DNA of 64,000 nt from Haliotis cracherodii. Its lineage: Eukaryota. Where the stretch lies: positions 35,216,001 through 35,280,000 of the forward strand of contig NW_027266267.1 in assembly GCF_022045235.1 (NCBI RefSeq), written 5' to 3'. The position numbers were made by a program, and so were the translations under genes. Every line of letters begins with the position of its first letter. Position 1 is the first letter of the stretch. Positions 1 through 12,500 of the stretch are shown piece after piece. A model generated the notes under the pieces. That model was not told the origin of the DNA and made no database searches. It worked only from the letters and a program-made list of their open reading frames with translations.

Positions 1-362
1 TATTGAAACAGACCTATGCGATACGACCGGAGTGGGAACATCCAAAATATATATTTTTTGCACTGAAATAAGTAAAAAAGTCAAAAACATGACAACCAAC
101 ACTAACAATAACATGAATATTAAAGTTTGGACAATGTGAAAAAAATAAAAACACACATATTCGTCAAATATGTTATATAAACTAGTGTCCAAAAGAAGGT
201 ATAGAACATAAAAAGTTTTTCCCCATTATGGTAACTTGACAAAATCAATATAAATTAAGACTTGAATATGGCAGATGACAACTCAATGAATTCGGTGAGA
301 AAAAGTGGAAAAAATGACATTATTTGTAAAAATCGTGTATTTTCCCGAAACGACTTTGGGCT

Positions 363-1580
363 ATGAAGAGCGAAATGCACGTGTACAAGAGCTGTATAAA
401 ACTGAGGATACGGCATGCTATGACGACATCAACAAGCAGCACGTTTAACATCTATACAGAGGGAGAGAGCCGTTGGTGGGCGCAACATGGAGCCACCCAC
501 GCCACCATTGCAAGAACGTTTCAGTGCATCCGTGCCACCTTTAACAGATTGATGCAACGCTTGCAACAGACAGGACAGACATCAGACAGTCTTAGAAGCG
601 AGTGACCACGCCCAATTATCGGTCCAATCATCTCCGGAATCGCCTTATTACAGCGACGGTAACGGCAGCGACGGCACTGGGACACAGGGTGAGTCGACGA
701 ATAGTGTGGAGATTAAGAGAACGTGGTATCAGTGCAGGTCGACCCTACTGCGGAGTGATATTAACACGTCAACATCGACGTAACAGATTGACATAGGTCA
801 GATCAAGAGTCTTGGGACGCGTCATGTTCTCTGATGAGAATAGATATTCCTTGTACGTTTAGCGACAAATTGTGTTCCATGTAACGAACTTTTCAGCACT
901 CAAGTACGTACGTGTCTGTGACATGGCTATAAACAACTACCGCTCGGTCAGATACAATAGAAAGGCAACTCGTTTCATAAAAAAATGTTATCTGACGAGA
1001 ATGAGTGCAGTATTCTTTATTGTCAACTTACATATGTCATGATATTAACTTTTACAGTGCATGAATTATTTGCTGTACCATGTATAAGCAATTGTTCACG
1101 AATTCGCATTGACAATCCTGAGCGTGTCGCATTCCCGTCTAAACGTTATGTAATTTCTGAAATGAAACACGTGTACAGGAATTCATTGTTCATAGCCCTT
1201 AGTTTCATGTTAGAGGGACGCGAACATGTTCAAAACTGTACCTACAACACTGAGTTAAACTCCTCGACTCCCTCTTGCTTAATGCTGAAGGCAGTTCAGC
1301 ACATGGAAATGGGAGAGTGAGCTCAAAAGAGAAGCGGTAGCATCACGGTCTGGGGAGGTGTCTGCGGTGATGTCCTTGTTCGTTATTATTCAGGGAAACC
1401 TGAATGCTTAGAGATACAGGGATGAAGTTTTGAGACCCGTTGGGGAATCATTCATTCAGCATCAGTAACGAGGCATTGTCTTCAGCAAGGCGAGACCGCA
1501 TACGACAAGGCTCACATAGAACTTTCTGAATAACGCGAACATTCACGTGTTAACCTGGTCGTTCATAGCAACCGATCATG
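363..1580 (+). mobile_element. Degenerate Tc1-family DNA transposon, interrupted at ~860-1320
   Basis: HTH-like fragments (RLMQRLQQTGQTSD; HLRNRLITATVTA; RLRERGISAGRPYCGVILTRQHRRNRL) and catalytic-region remnants at 1335-1560 (GSITVWGG, GNLNA*RYRDEVLRP). Stops and frameshifts present. Confidence 0.8.
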
Positions 1581-2156
1581 TCATAATGGTCTGCACATAT
1601 TTTGAGGCAGGTTAATTGAAGTGATGTTAGTTTTAGATGACAATCCCGGCGTCACTGATGCATGTCAGCTGTGTTCAGTGGAAACAACGAAATGAATATT
1701 TGTTGCAATTGAAATATGTATAGATGCTAACAAAATAATACAATAATAAATGTGTCATACAAAAAGGTTATTAGATTAAATATATTATAATAAAGCTTGA
1801 ACAATTTAAAACAGCAAAAAGCCATAAAAATGTAAATTCAAAATGTCCTACTAAAGCAAAAAATATTCCGACACGGTTGTTAAAGGTGAATGTGTTACGT
1901 CAGTTCGTAATTTATAAGTGAGTTTGTTATAAAGGCAGTTTACTGTACATTCATATCAACCTAACAGTTACACTCTTTACGTCGAAATAATGTCTAAGTT
2001 CCACACGGGATTAATCACAGGAGGGAGGGAGACATACCAAACAAGCGAACATCCAAAGGAGCAGGGCCCCATTTGAATTTGTTTGTCTGGCAAATGTGAG
2101 CGTTGTGTCGCCAAGAACATTGTCTGCACCGATTAAGTTGACGTCACTTCCTCCAT

Positions 2157-2191
2157 TTAGATTTCACTGTCGGCTTCGGACCGAGAATAAT
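2157..2191 (-). CDS. Gene A possible terminal exon (YYSRSEADSEI*)
   Basis: ttgcag acceptor, phase 1, compatible with the gtaagt donor after 2896. Alternatively the repeat exon reads through to the stop at 2870. Confidence 0.35.
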
Positions 2192-2201
2192 CTGCAACAA
2201 C

Positions 2202-2239
<38 letters not shown>

Positions 2240-5200
2240 AACATCAACATTGTCTTGCTGTCATAAATCCCTAAGGGGGCGGTAGCCCAGTGGTTAAAGC
2301 GTTCGCTCGTCACGCCGAAGACCCAGGTTCGATTCCCGACATGGGTACAATGTGTGAAGCCCATTTATGGTGTCCCCCGCCGTGATATTGCTGGAATATT
2401 GCTAAAAGCGGGGTAGAACCATACTCACTCACACACTCAGTCAGTCATAAATCCCTAAAAGGATGTGACATTTTGTATGTATGTTGTTTTGCGCCACAGT
2501 CAGTAATCGTCCTGATGACATCCTTTAATAGTCGAGTCCGGACCAGGCAAACCAACGGTTAATGTTATGAAAAACTTTCCACGTCGTTCGGCTATGATGA
2601 CACATTAACTACCAAGTTTGTTTTGTTTGTTTGTTGATTAACTGCACATCCAGAAATGTTCTAGCTTTGTGACTGAGGCCTGTAAATCATCGGGTTACTG
2701 ACATCATGAGCATCGATCTACGAAATGCGGATACTATGACATGCATGGACCATGCCACCGATTCTGAGCACCCGATGCCGTTATAATCAACCGAGACAAA
2801 TCACCCAACCCTTTCAGACCCTATTACGACGAACATATATAAGGAGACTCATTCTAACTCCTAGTCCGGTCAATCACACTTCCGTGGATACTTACATGTT
2901 CCGTTCTTTGTTTTCATTGACATATCTGGTACGGCATACAGATCATCAACGTTGACAGCACCGGCTACAGCTGACTGGTGTGTGGGTGTCTTGTCCGGGA
3001 CGACGTACATGTCACTATCGTTGACAGCACCACGTACAGCCGACTGGTGCTCTGGTGTTTTGTCTGGTACGGCATACAGATCGTCAACGTTGAGAGCACC
3101 ACGTACAGCTGACTGGTGCTTGGGTGTCTTGTCCGGGACGGCATACATGTCACCATCGTTGACAGCACCACGTACAGCCGACAGGTGCTTGGGTGTTTTG
3201 TCTGGTGCGGCATACAGATCGTCAACGTTGACAGCACCACGTACAGCCGACTGGTGCTTGGGTGCTTTGTCTGGTATAGCATACAGATCGTCAACGTTGA
3301 CAGCACCACGTACAGCCGACTGGTGCTTGGGTGTCTTGTCCGGGACGGCATACATGTCACCATCGTTGACAGCACCACGTACAGCCGACAGGTGCTTGGG
3401 TGATTTGTCTGGTACGGCATACAGAGCGTCAACGTTGACAGCACCAACTACAGCAGGCAGGTGTACGGTTGTCTTGTCTGGTACGGCAGTTAAATATAGA
3501 ATGATGGTGTTTATATTCCAACAACTAACAACATAATATTCTCCCGAAATTCTTCCCGAAATTATTAAGCTTGATCGAGAAGGCAACACTATAATCACAA
3601 CTCAAATACAATAGTCAGATATGTGAGGAAGTGAAGAACACCACAGCTGTGAAGACTTACTAGTTAAGAGCTCTTTGTTGTCAACAAGTTCAACTTGATT
3701 TCTGAAAAGGATTTTTGTTATAAATTATTGATCGTTTCAACACTGGAATAAATTATTGCAAATAATGATAACCATAACTACATAGAAACCTATACGTAAA
3801 TGTGATCTTAGCAAAGTGGCAGAAAACATTTTCATGAATAATGTTGGTTTATCACATTTGAGACGATACTATCGATCCCATAGCCCCAATCAGAGATACA
3901 CGTTCACACATTAGCTGAGGCGCTGTTTCACTTTCATAGCTTGGAGAGAACAAAATCACACACAATATTGTTTAGGCCAATATAATCTCCAGGAAAGCTC
4001 ATAACAAACTAAAGTTTAGTACATGTCTAGTATTCTATAATGTTTCGTGTTTCATTGTGAATATAACGCAAACTTGTCTGGACTAAATCGTTTGTGAATA
4101 AAGCTTTCCTATGATAAACGAAATCGTTCAACCAATATTACATGGTTAGGTGTTTGTATTACGCAGTGACTGGTTCCTGAATATAACGAATAATAACATT
4201 GTTAACAGTACGTTTTTGAGATGCAAATGAAACTAACAAAACCATTTCCATAACTGTAAGAAATCTGTACCGAAAGCAGAGTCCATTTTCCGTTCTGACT
4301 ATATCAAACACATGTGTTTATGAATCATACTCAATAAATAATGACACAAGGTTTAGATCGTATCCGTCACAATCCTATGCAAAGGCAAGAAAAGACATAC
4401 AGTTGAGCACATTGAAATAACATAACTCTATACGGAAGATGACCCATACGGGCTTTGCGTGATGGAATTCAAGGGTGACATACAGTGGAAGCACTTGACA
4501 CTCTACTCACGTAACATAAAGTGGGTTTTCTGAAAGCTCTGCACCATTGTCTACATCGCTGATAGCTGTGAACAGACATGACGACCAATACCTGTGTTCA
4601 CTGCATAATTTATTATATTTCTGTTGTTAATACTCTTGTGATATGTGTTGATGTATGCTCAAATAAGCGATTTTATGACAAGGATGGATAAGCAAATGAA
4701 TTGACAGATGCGAGCTGTAGCTTTTATGTTTGATGAAACTGTCATTTAATCTTTACATCTGAAATGTTTAACGTTGTCATAATTGTTCTGGTTTGATCTT
4801 CAAATCACTTTACATCAAATCGGAATCTGATACTTAATAATAGTAACATATTCCGACTGCAGAAGTGGAGTTTACCTTGCGTGACTTTTCTCGTTCTTCC
4901 CCTTCTAACAACACCTACACAGATAACGATTATGATGAGGATCATGATGCCACCTCCTGCCCCAGCAGCGATGTACATGGTGTCATCTTGAACATAAAAC
5001 ATATACTGGGTGTCTGGGCCATGGTTAGTGATGCTAATGACGTTCATGTTGATCTTTTAAAGATATGATACATATGGTGTTATCTTAAGGGGAAAACAAA
5101 TACTGGGCTAATATACTGTCCATGTATGAGTATATATACGTTCAGGCATGAGTCCGTGTACATAAACCATGAGTGTAAGTATTGAATGATCTGAGACAAT

Positions 5201-7205
5201 ATGAGCGAGAGGAGAGACCATGCTGCATACACGCAGATGCATTTGATGACCTGAATCTGTATGCTGTGACTATGAAGGATCTATGTCATGAAGTTCTTAA
5301 CTTGATGATGTTTCACCACAAATGATTTAGGTTGATTTGGGAAGTTCAATTTCGAAAGGGAACTGTTATATATATATATATATATTACAGATTCGAGTTA
5401 CCTGTTCTGTTTCAGTACTGTACACAAATCTAGGTTTTAAGCATGGTATGCAGAGATGGAGATTATATGTAATTACTAGATTCTAGAGTTGTCTGTATGT
5501 CCGTATCCGTTGACTGCGATGATGGCCGACTAGCACTGGTATCAAGTGGATCCAATTTGTCCCAATTACTCGAAGGTGTGAAACAGCACGTCGTTAGTAA
5601 TGGGTTAATGATCAATGTTTTTTTCCATGCTATTTGTCTTGATGTGAGAACATTATATCTTACTTTGTTGTTCATAATCGTTCAATTCACAGTAACTAAG
5701 CTAAGTCAATATCCTACTCGAACAAACTGCAGCGATATAATGTCGTGCAAAACCGCAATATCAAGAGCTATGATACACTGCATTAATGCCGTTCAATGCA
5801 CAAAGGTGGTATGTCTTGGATCATGGGTCCGTATACGGTTGTGTTATAAATTCCTGACTGTATCTAAATATCGTACACATCGTAGCTAAAGGTAAATATG
5901 ACGACTAGTACATTACTACCTTGATTATCGTTGCTCGAGGGAGTAGTTATCTTGATAGTTGTAAGTTTTGCCAACGTTGTTGCTGAATCAGTCAGTTGTG
6001 AACCTGTGTTATTGGTAGTCCCTGCCAAGCCTGCCGACATAAATAATAAAAAACAAAACATTATGAAATGTGCTAGCCCACCGCAGAGGACATATAATTA
6101 CACACTACTGTTGTTTGAAATATCTTCTAGATGAGCCAACATCAGTTATGCTCAGTGTAATTGTGAAACGACGTTCGAACATTTTATAAAAGTACAAACT
6201 AAAATGTGTGGATAGCTGGAGACATATTATATACAGAGGATGATTAAAACTATCTGACATTGTATCTGACCTACAATTGTTAAGATGATTTTACCAGCAT
6301 TAATGTGAATGGCATAACAGGTCTCATTGTTTCTCTAAATGTAATATACAAAACTACCTAGAGTACCTTGAATATCTGCATACACAAATAATATAAATTA
6401 ATTGTCGCATTTACCAGCTCAATATCGATGCTCTAGAAGAATCAATTTTATTTTATCGCCTCTGTGGTGAGATGGTTGGAGCGTCTGTCTGACACGATGT
6501 GCCATAACATGATGTGTGAGATAAAAAGGACATGTAGATGTAAATAAAGGAATATATCAGCGCATGGCAAAAAGGATCATACCTAAAGTAAGGTTGTTAC
6601 TGACTCTCTTGCGTTGATCCTCACACCGCCACACAGTGCCAGCATGGAGGTACTGAGTTGTCGTCAGTGTCATGTTGTGCTGGTAGTCACCACAGCTTAC
6701 ACTGACATCCGATGAAGTGTATAGGTCGTAACGATATGCATGAGTATCGCCTGGGCTGTTGGGATGGTGTTTTTGACAGACATTCCCTGCAAACACTGAC
6801 GTGAGAACTCGTACGTCATCCATGTACCAAAAGGTAAACTCTATGTCTATAGTGGTGTTAGCATCGGTGCAGACTAAGGTGACATCATCGTCTGACTGGA
6901 ACTGAGTGAGTTCTAGAAGAAGACCACCTGTAACATTCCAACATACAACCAGCATGAGAAGCATCCAGAACACAAACATGCAGTGACATTCTTTGTCGTT
7001 CTTCATGTACTTACAATGCCCCAATAGCCTTAACATGCAAACACAAAACAGATCTGATGTAAAGTGGTACAATCACTATCAAATTTCATCTACGACATTT
7101 CAATGGTTCTACCCTTCGCATGATTAGAAATTCAAACCTACTGTTATTTGTGTATGCAATCCATCCTATACACAGCAGAGAAATCAGGTGAATCCTTACG
7201 TCCAT
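2157..7205 (-). CDS. Gene A: single-Ig type-I transmembrane receptor with NPxY + 8x YxxP cytoplasmic tail (spliced model)
   Basis: Exons 7205-7142 (signal peptide), 6927-6583 (Ig), possible 6375-6358, 6030-5920 (stalk), 4986-4876 (TM), 4565-4511, 3701-3661, 3477-2896 and possible 2191-2157. All introns GT-AG with compatible phases and no internal stops. Confidence 0.8.
2275..2443 (+). mobile_element. tRNA-derived SINE, family 1 ((CTCA)n tail)
   Basis: A/B-box head (tagcccagtggttaa / ggttcgattcc). 15-bp TSD gtcataaatccctaa at 2260-2274 and 2444-2458. Confidence 0.9.
2896..3477 (-). CDS. Gene A cytoplasmic repeat exon: 8 x 69-bp (23-aa) units, each ending in Y-A/V-x-P-D
   Basis: Within ORF 2870-3598. 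Acceptor ccgtaccag, donor gtaagt. Example units: TPKHQSAVRGAVNVDDLYAVPDK and SPKHLSAVRGAVNDGDMYAVPDK. Confidence 0.85.
3661..3701 (-). CDS. Gene A cytoplasmic microexon (NQVELVDNKELLT)
   Basis: ttttcag acceptor and gtaagt donor; 41 nt, phase 2 to 1. A homologous 41-nt exon lies at 53923-53963 (+). Confidence 0.75.
4511..4565 (-). CDS. Gene A juxtamembrane exon with NPxY (AISDVDNGAELSENPLYVT)
   Basis: ttcacag acceptor and gtgagt donor; 55 nt. Homologous exon at 51937-51991 (+). Confidence 0.8.
4876..4986 (-). CDS. Gene A transmembrane exon
   Basis: DDTMYIAAGAGGGIMILIIIVICVGVVRRGRTRKVTQG: hydrophobic helix followed by basic stop-transfer residues. 111 nt, phase 1-1. Confidence 0.85.
5920..6030 (-). 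CDS. Gene A S/T-rich stalk exon
   Basis: GLAGTTNNTGSQLTDSATTLAKLTTIKITTPSSNDNQG; 111 nt, phase 1-1. Same length in B, C and E. Confidence 0.8.
6583..6927 (-). CDS. Gene A immunoglobulin (V-like) domain exon
   Basis: VTLVC...W(Y)...C...VSVSC...HNMTL...AGTVWRC...SNNLTL. 345 nt, phase 1-1. Confidence 0.85.
7142..7205 (-). CDS. Gene A signal-peptide exon (MDVRIHLISLLCIGWIAYTNN)
   Basis: ATG, hydrophobic core and phase-1 gtaggt donor. A homologous exon precedes all five Ig exons. Confidence 0.75.
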
Positions 7206-7865
7206 GTTTCTCCTCAAACATCCTCTCGTGAACATTAATTTAGGTTTGGTTGAAAGAACTCAACGGAAGTCACTACACATGAAATACACACAGCGCAATA
7301 TGTAGCATTCTTCGTGAACAAACATGAGCGCTCCACTTTGTGTGCAATACATCCTTTTCAGGAAGGAAATAGTCCAACATTCAGCATTTACTCGCATTCA
7401 GCTGTTTTTTTCCTTGTGTGGGTATTGATAAAAATACATACCTGTCAGATGTGCATCTGTGGATTACAAGGACACAAGTTGATATGTACGTTCTGAAGTT
7501 CTGGTGTTTGCAAAAAACTGAAACTGACTCGCGCAAGTACATTAGCTCTTGCAATTAATGCGGTTAGATAAAACTAAACATCATATAAAATATCCCTTAT
7601 GAAATACGGTCACATCATCAAGAGAAATAAAACAAGAAATGTGTTGAGCTTGAAATTATGTTCAGGTATTGCAATCAGGTGTGACACATTGAGGATTAAT
7701 TAACCAGATTTCCTCATGGCAGTTTGCCGAGATATGTGATAAACAGACAACAAATAGCTGTAAGTAATAGCACTGTGACATTTACCACAGTAATAACTTG
7801 TTTGCTTCAGAATAAGATGTATGGTCAGGGCGTAAACTTGTTTCTTTCCAACTTTAGGAGAAAGA

Positions 7866-8200
7866 ACCGATTCTGTGGTCTGGTGGATGGAGCGTCTGTC
7901 CAGAGAGCCAAAGGTCGGTGGTTCGAACCCTGGCTGCGTGTAACCAAAAGACGTAAACAATATACGTGTTGTGATCCTGCTCGGCGTTTGGTATTAAGAG
8001 GACAAGGACAAAACAATGACTGGTGGGCTGGGAGTATGAAGTGTCGAATTTCATTTAAAACTGCGCAGTGATATCTCGCTTGTTCTGGCACTATAACAAC
8101 AGCATATGTTCGGACAGGAACAAGCACCCACACACGTCGGCTAAATCCAGGATATAATCTTGAACGTGATCTTAAATTCCATTTCATTTCACATTATCAT
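7866..8200 (+). mobile_element. tRNA-derived SINE, family 3 (V-domain-like core), degenerate
   Basis: tRNA-like head followed by accaaaagacgtaaa...ctgctcggcg core. Homologous to 52847-53205. Confidence 0.7.
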
Positions 8201-9393
8201 TCTCATCTGGTAGCAATACAAACCTCGCCGTACCGGGGTGGGATATATAATGCAACTGATAAACAATGATCACTGATCCACGAAACGACTATCTGGACGT
8301 TTGAATTGCTGTGTTGCTCATGCATTGCATTCATACATTACGTGCAAACTGCACTTCTGCCAGTCTGTGGTTGCCTGCAGTACTCGTAGGGCCATACCAA
8401 AAGGACCATTCTTCATTATCTATCCAGCCGTATTTGGATCATGTATTTGATGCATTTGTGAAAAGGCTTTCTTTCTACATGTGCTGTTCAGGAGAAGATA
8501 CCAGTATCTGCTGGTGCCAGGACTACGAATAGCCGTACTCCGTATGGACAAGCACACAGTTCTGTTTTGCCCTCAATGTATACATGTATACATTTCCTTC
8601 TTTAAAAGAGCCATACAATACCATTGTCATCGTTGTATATGCGCTTTGTCATTTTACACAATTATTTCAGGTCCGTGTGCCTGAAATTTCAAATAGATCC
8701 GAAGGAACTGACCACTGGTAGATACTTTCTTATACGTTATTGCGAGTAGGAGTTATATAAACACCGTACAATTGAAACTTGAAAGTGTTTTTTTCCAGGT
8801 CGTAGCATACAAAATGTCGTGGTGAAAATGGTAATCTAGTTATAGTTTATTGCAATGTTTGAAATTAACGAGTTAATTGAAAACAAAGACATTAAGCTGT
8901 GAACTTTTCAAACCTTTATTATTACCGAAAGAGAACATTAAGAATTAAATAGAAACTCCAACATTTCCAAACCAGTTCACACAAGCCTATTGCAGAGACT
9001 TCATATGTTTATCTAATAATGTTTCAGGACATTCACTTCTTCACTACATGCGTTTGTTCTATGCAGAAACTAATGGACAGGAGAATTGGTTTTGACAATT
9101 TTTAAACGTCAACACCAGATAATCAGTCTCGATCATCTGCCGAAACAAAGTCCTTTGGTGTAAAACACAACGTACTGATGACAATGGTATGACTGGATAA
9201 CTGAAATTCAGCAACAACTCCAGGTGTTCGCGTAAAGGTATGCATATCCAGCCTTTACCAGCAGTACCTGTCAATCACACTGTAAAAAAAGTAAGCATTT
9301 GTTTGTTGCCAAACGTAATGTCATTATGATAGTAGCCAAATATACTGGCAGAAAATGCCATAAACGAACACAAAACACTGTGGATTGACACTA

Positions 9394-9578
9394 CTATGTT
9401 CTCATGGGTGGGTTTTCGTAGTCAGCCTTCTTGGATACAGTGTTGTAGTAAACATCGTTTGCGTGTATGCTGGGCTGTCTGGAAGCTTCTGTCTTGATCT
9501 CGGAGTAACAGGGATCTTTGTTACCGTTGTGAGCCAAAGTGCCGTAGTGAGGTGTATCAACCTCAGCCAGTGACACAT
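9394..9578 (-). CDS. Gene B terminal cytoplasmic exon, multi-Tyr
   Basis: DVSLAEVDTPHYGTLAHNGNKDPCYSEIKTEASRQPSIHANDVYYNTVSKKADYENPPMRT*; gtgtag acceptor. Confidence 0.8.
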
Positions 9579-12500
9579 CTACACAAACACAAATACAATT
9601 TAGAACTTAAGAATCAAGTATTGTGGCACCAATACTTGATATTTTACATATTTTACATTACACAGAGGGTCGCAAGCTGCATCAGTACATTTGATCTCTG
9701 ATACAAGGCCACAAGACATTAATGGTTGGTTTTTTTCTTTTGTATTGAGATATATGTTAGATATACTCAGTAGAAACTACTGTTAGCAATGGAACAAAAC
9801 ACTACGTTGTTGTTCGATTATAAAACAGTAAATTCACATCCAATCAGCACTGATCGTATACGTGGCTTTACAATCAGCTCCGGCTGTAAAACAAAATCGG
9901 CTTATGAATTGGAAACCAAAGGTAATTCTTTTTGTTAAAACTGGACGTGTGGTCCAGTCATCTAGGGCCCCGCAATTCGTTGTCCAATGTTGTGTCTCTT
10001 GGGCACGCTAAAAACCTACGAATACCGCCTCACATTAATACAACTTGAATAATGTGCAAAGCTGCATTGTACACAACTCACTCACTCACGCACTATAAAT
10101 AAAGCATTGGAACATGATGATCGAGCGAAGGACAACAATAGGAACTGACAACTGTAAATAAATGTAAACAAATATATGGAGAAAAGTTTAGAAAGAGTTC
10201 ACCTTGTGTAGCTTTTCCAATTCTTCTTTGCCTCCTCACAAAACACAAACAGAGAACACTTATGATGAAGATCACGACGCCACCTCCCGCCATAACCATG
10301 ATGATTATGGCGTTTTTATTACCTTGAAAAAGAAAAATATGAAAACTAATGCTGGGCTACATGTATGAGTTGTATTGTGCATAGAGGTTGTTGGTATAAG
10401 TATTGAATAATCTAATAAAAGCAAACACATTGATAAGCAGCGAAACCAGTCTTTGTAGGATGTATGCTGATGCTGTTATGGAGCTATTATATGATGTTAT
10501 TTACAGTATACTGTTTCACAAACACCATAAATGGTTTTGGTTATTTCGGAAGCTTTTGAATGGGAGACTGGTATCGCTTTCATATATCAAAGATACGCAC
10601 AACCTGTTCTTTTGCCAAAATGAAGTGTCCTGCAGAGCATGAAGACAGGAGGTATACATAAAAGAACGTGTCTCATAAACTATATTTTACAAATGTTTGT
10701 TCCTCATCAGTCAACGACTGCCATGAAAACCGACTAATATTGGAGTCTGGTGGATTCGGTTTATAATCGTTACCCGAACAAGTATTGTTCTGGGGACACC
10801 AAAAATGGGCTTTACACCTTGTTCAGAACGTCGTTAGTAATGGGTGTCTGTTCCATGATTTATTATTTAGCAGTGACATATTTGTGGAGGTCTTGTATAG
10901 TGTAATATTACATACTTCCATACAGCAGGGTTGACCTGTTATAAATTCTGCAATATCAAGAGCCATAACATACTAAAATATATCACCATGATGTCTGTTT
11001 GAATAAATGCTGGGCCGGTGGGGTAGCTGAGCGGTTAAAGCGGTCGCTCGTCACGCCAAAGAACAGGGTCCGATTTCCCACTTGGGTACATTGTGTGAAA
11101 CCCATTTCTGGTGTCCCCAACCGTGATATTACTGCAACATGTCTAAAAGCAACGTAAAACAATAGTCACTCACTCACTCAAATAAACAAGGCTCAATGCA
11201 TATTGATATTATGTATTAGATCATGTGTCTGTAAAAGAGATTATTGAAAGACCATAATTGTCCTACTGATGTATTACTTCCTAATCCTTTTGATCTCCCG
11301 TTTAGAAAATTGCACTGAGCAGGATCGCAGTTTCAGAAAATCACAAATGTCGAGTGGCGTGAACAATCTTCATCTATGGCGTTGTTTCCAGTGTGACGCT
11401 ATTCCGACCTTAAGCATCAAAAGGATTCAAATGACTTCAACAATGCCATCAGAATGACGGAAACAATGTCTTTTGCACTAGTACACATACATTTTTCATG
11501 AACTCGGTCTTTTCTAACCCTATGGGTAATCATAGTTGTAACATATATAAAACTAAAATACATTGTACTGCCAAACCTTTAGCTTAATACGTATACAAGT
11601 ACATGCCTTATGTCGGCAAAAGTTTAAATATGATAACTGGTGTGAATACAAAGTCACTCTAAATATAATATGCACTGTATGCAAACGTTAGTTTAGTTAG
11701 TTGGTGCACAACTACCATGAATAGCTATGTCTGAAGTGGTCGTTGTTGCTGATGCAATCAGTGGTCGAGTTGACTCATACGCAGTCCCTAGAATGTCTGC
11801 AGACACAAATAATTTATATTAATTGTGACATGTACTGGCTCAATATCTAACACACAATAACTCAAATGAATAATCTATTGTATTTGTGGTCTAATGGCAG
11901 GGGGACTGCCCGGAGAGAAGAAGGTCGGATGTTCGATGTCCGGCCGTGTCATTCTAACAAAAATGTGAAAAGATGGTACCTGTTATTTCCCTGCCCGGTC
12001 CACTGAGTCAAGGGAATAAAACAAGGACTTGTTGCTTCGGAGCGTAATGAGTCTGAGTGGGGTAATCATGTTAAAGTAGTGCATGGTATCTCAGTGGGCT
12101 AGCACTATGAAACCTGCATTAGTNNNNNNNNNNNNNNNNNNNNNNNNNNNNNNNNNNNNNNNNNNNNNNNNNNNNNNNNNNNNNNNNNNNNNNNNNNNNN
12201 NNNNNNNNNNNNNNNNNNNNNNNNNNNNNNNNNNNNNNNNNNNNNNNNNNNNNNNNNNNNNNNNNNNNNNNNNNNNNNNNNNNNNNNTATAAGTGCAATA
12301 ATCTTGAACGCAACGATAAATTCCATTTCAGATCACATCTTAAAGTATTGATGTATCTTTGTACCGTGATGTATTTATTGATCATGGATAACGAATGAGT
12401 TACATCTGCATTGATACATGTACAGTGTGTCACAACATGCTGCGTGAGATTAAAAGAACATGAAAGTGTAAATAAATGAATATATGCGCACGAAATGAAA

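Noticed and set aside
2275-2345. tRNA genes
   Set aside because: The tRNA-like heads continue into shared SINE bodies with simple-repeat tails and TSDs.
2952-3536. Overlapping long ORFs in other frames or strand (also 54084-54496)
   Set aside because: Shadows of the 69-bp repeat. Only the YAVP/FAVP frame fits the splice phases.
5470-5570. Possible extra S/T-rich exon in A (homologous region ~51020-51115)
   Set aside because: No phase-1 acceptor found, and the frame is not clearly conserved in paralogs.
12083-12433. X-filled ORFs (also 24323-24797)
   Set aside because: Artefacts of the N gaps.
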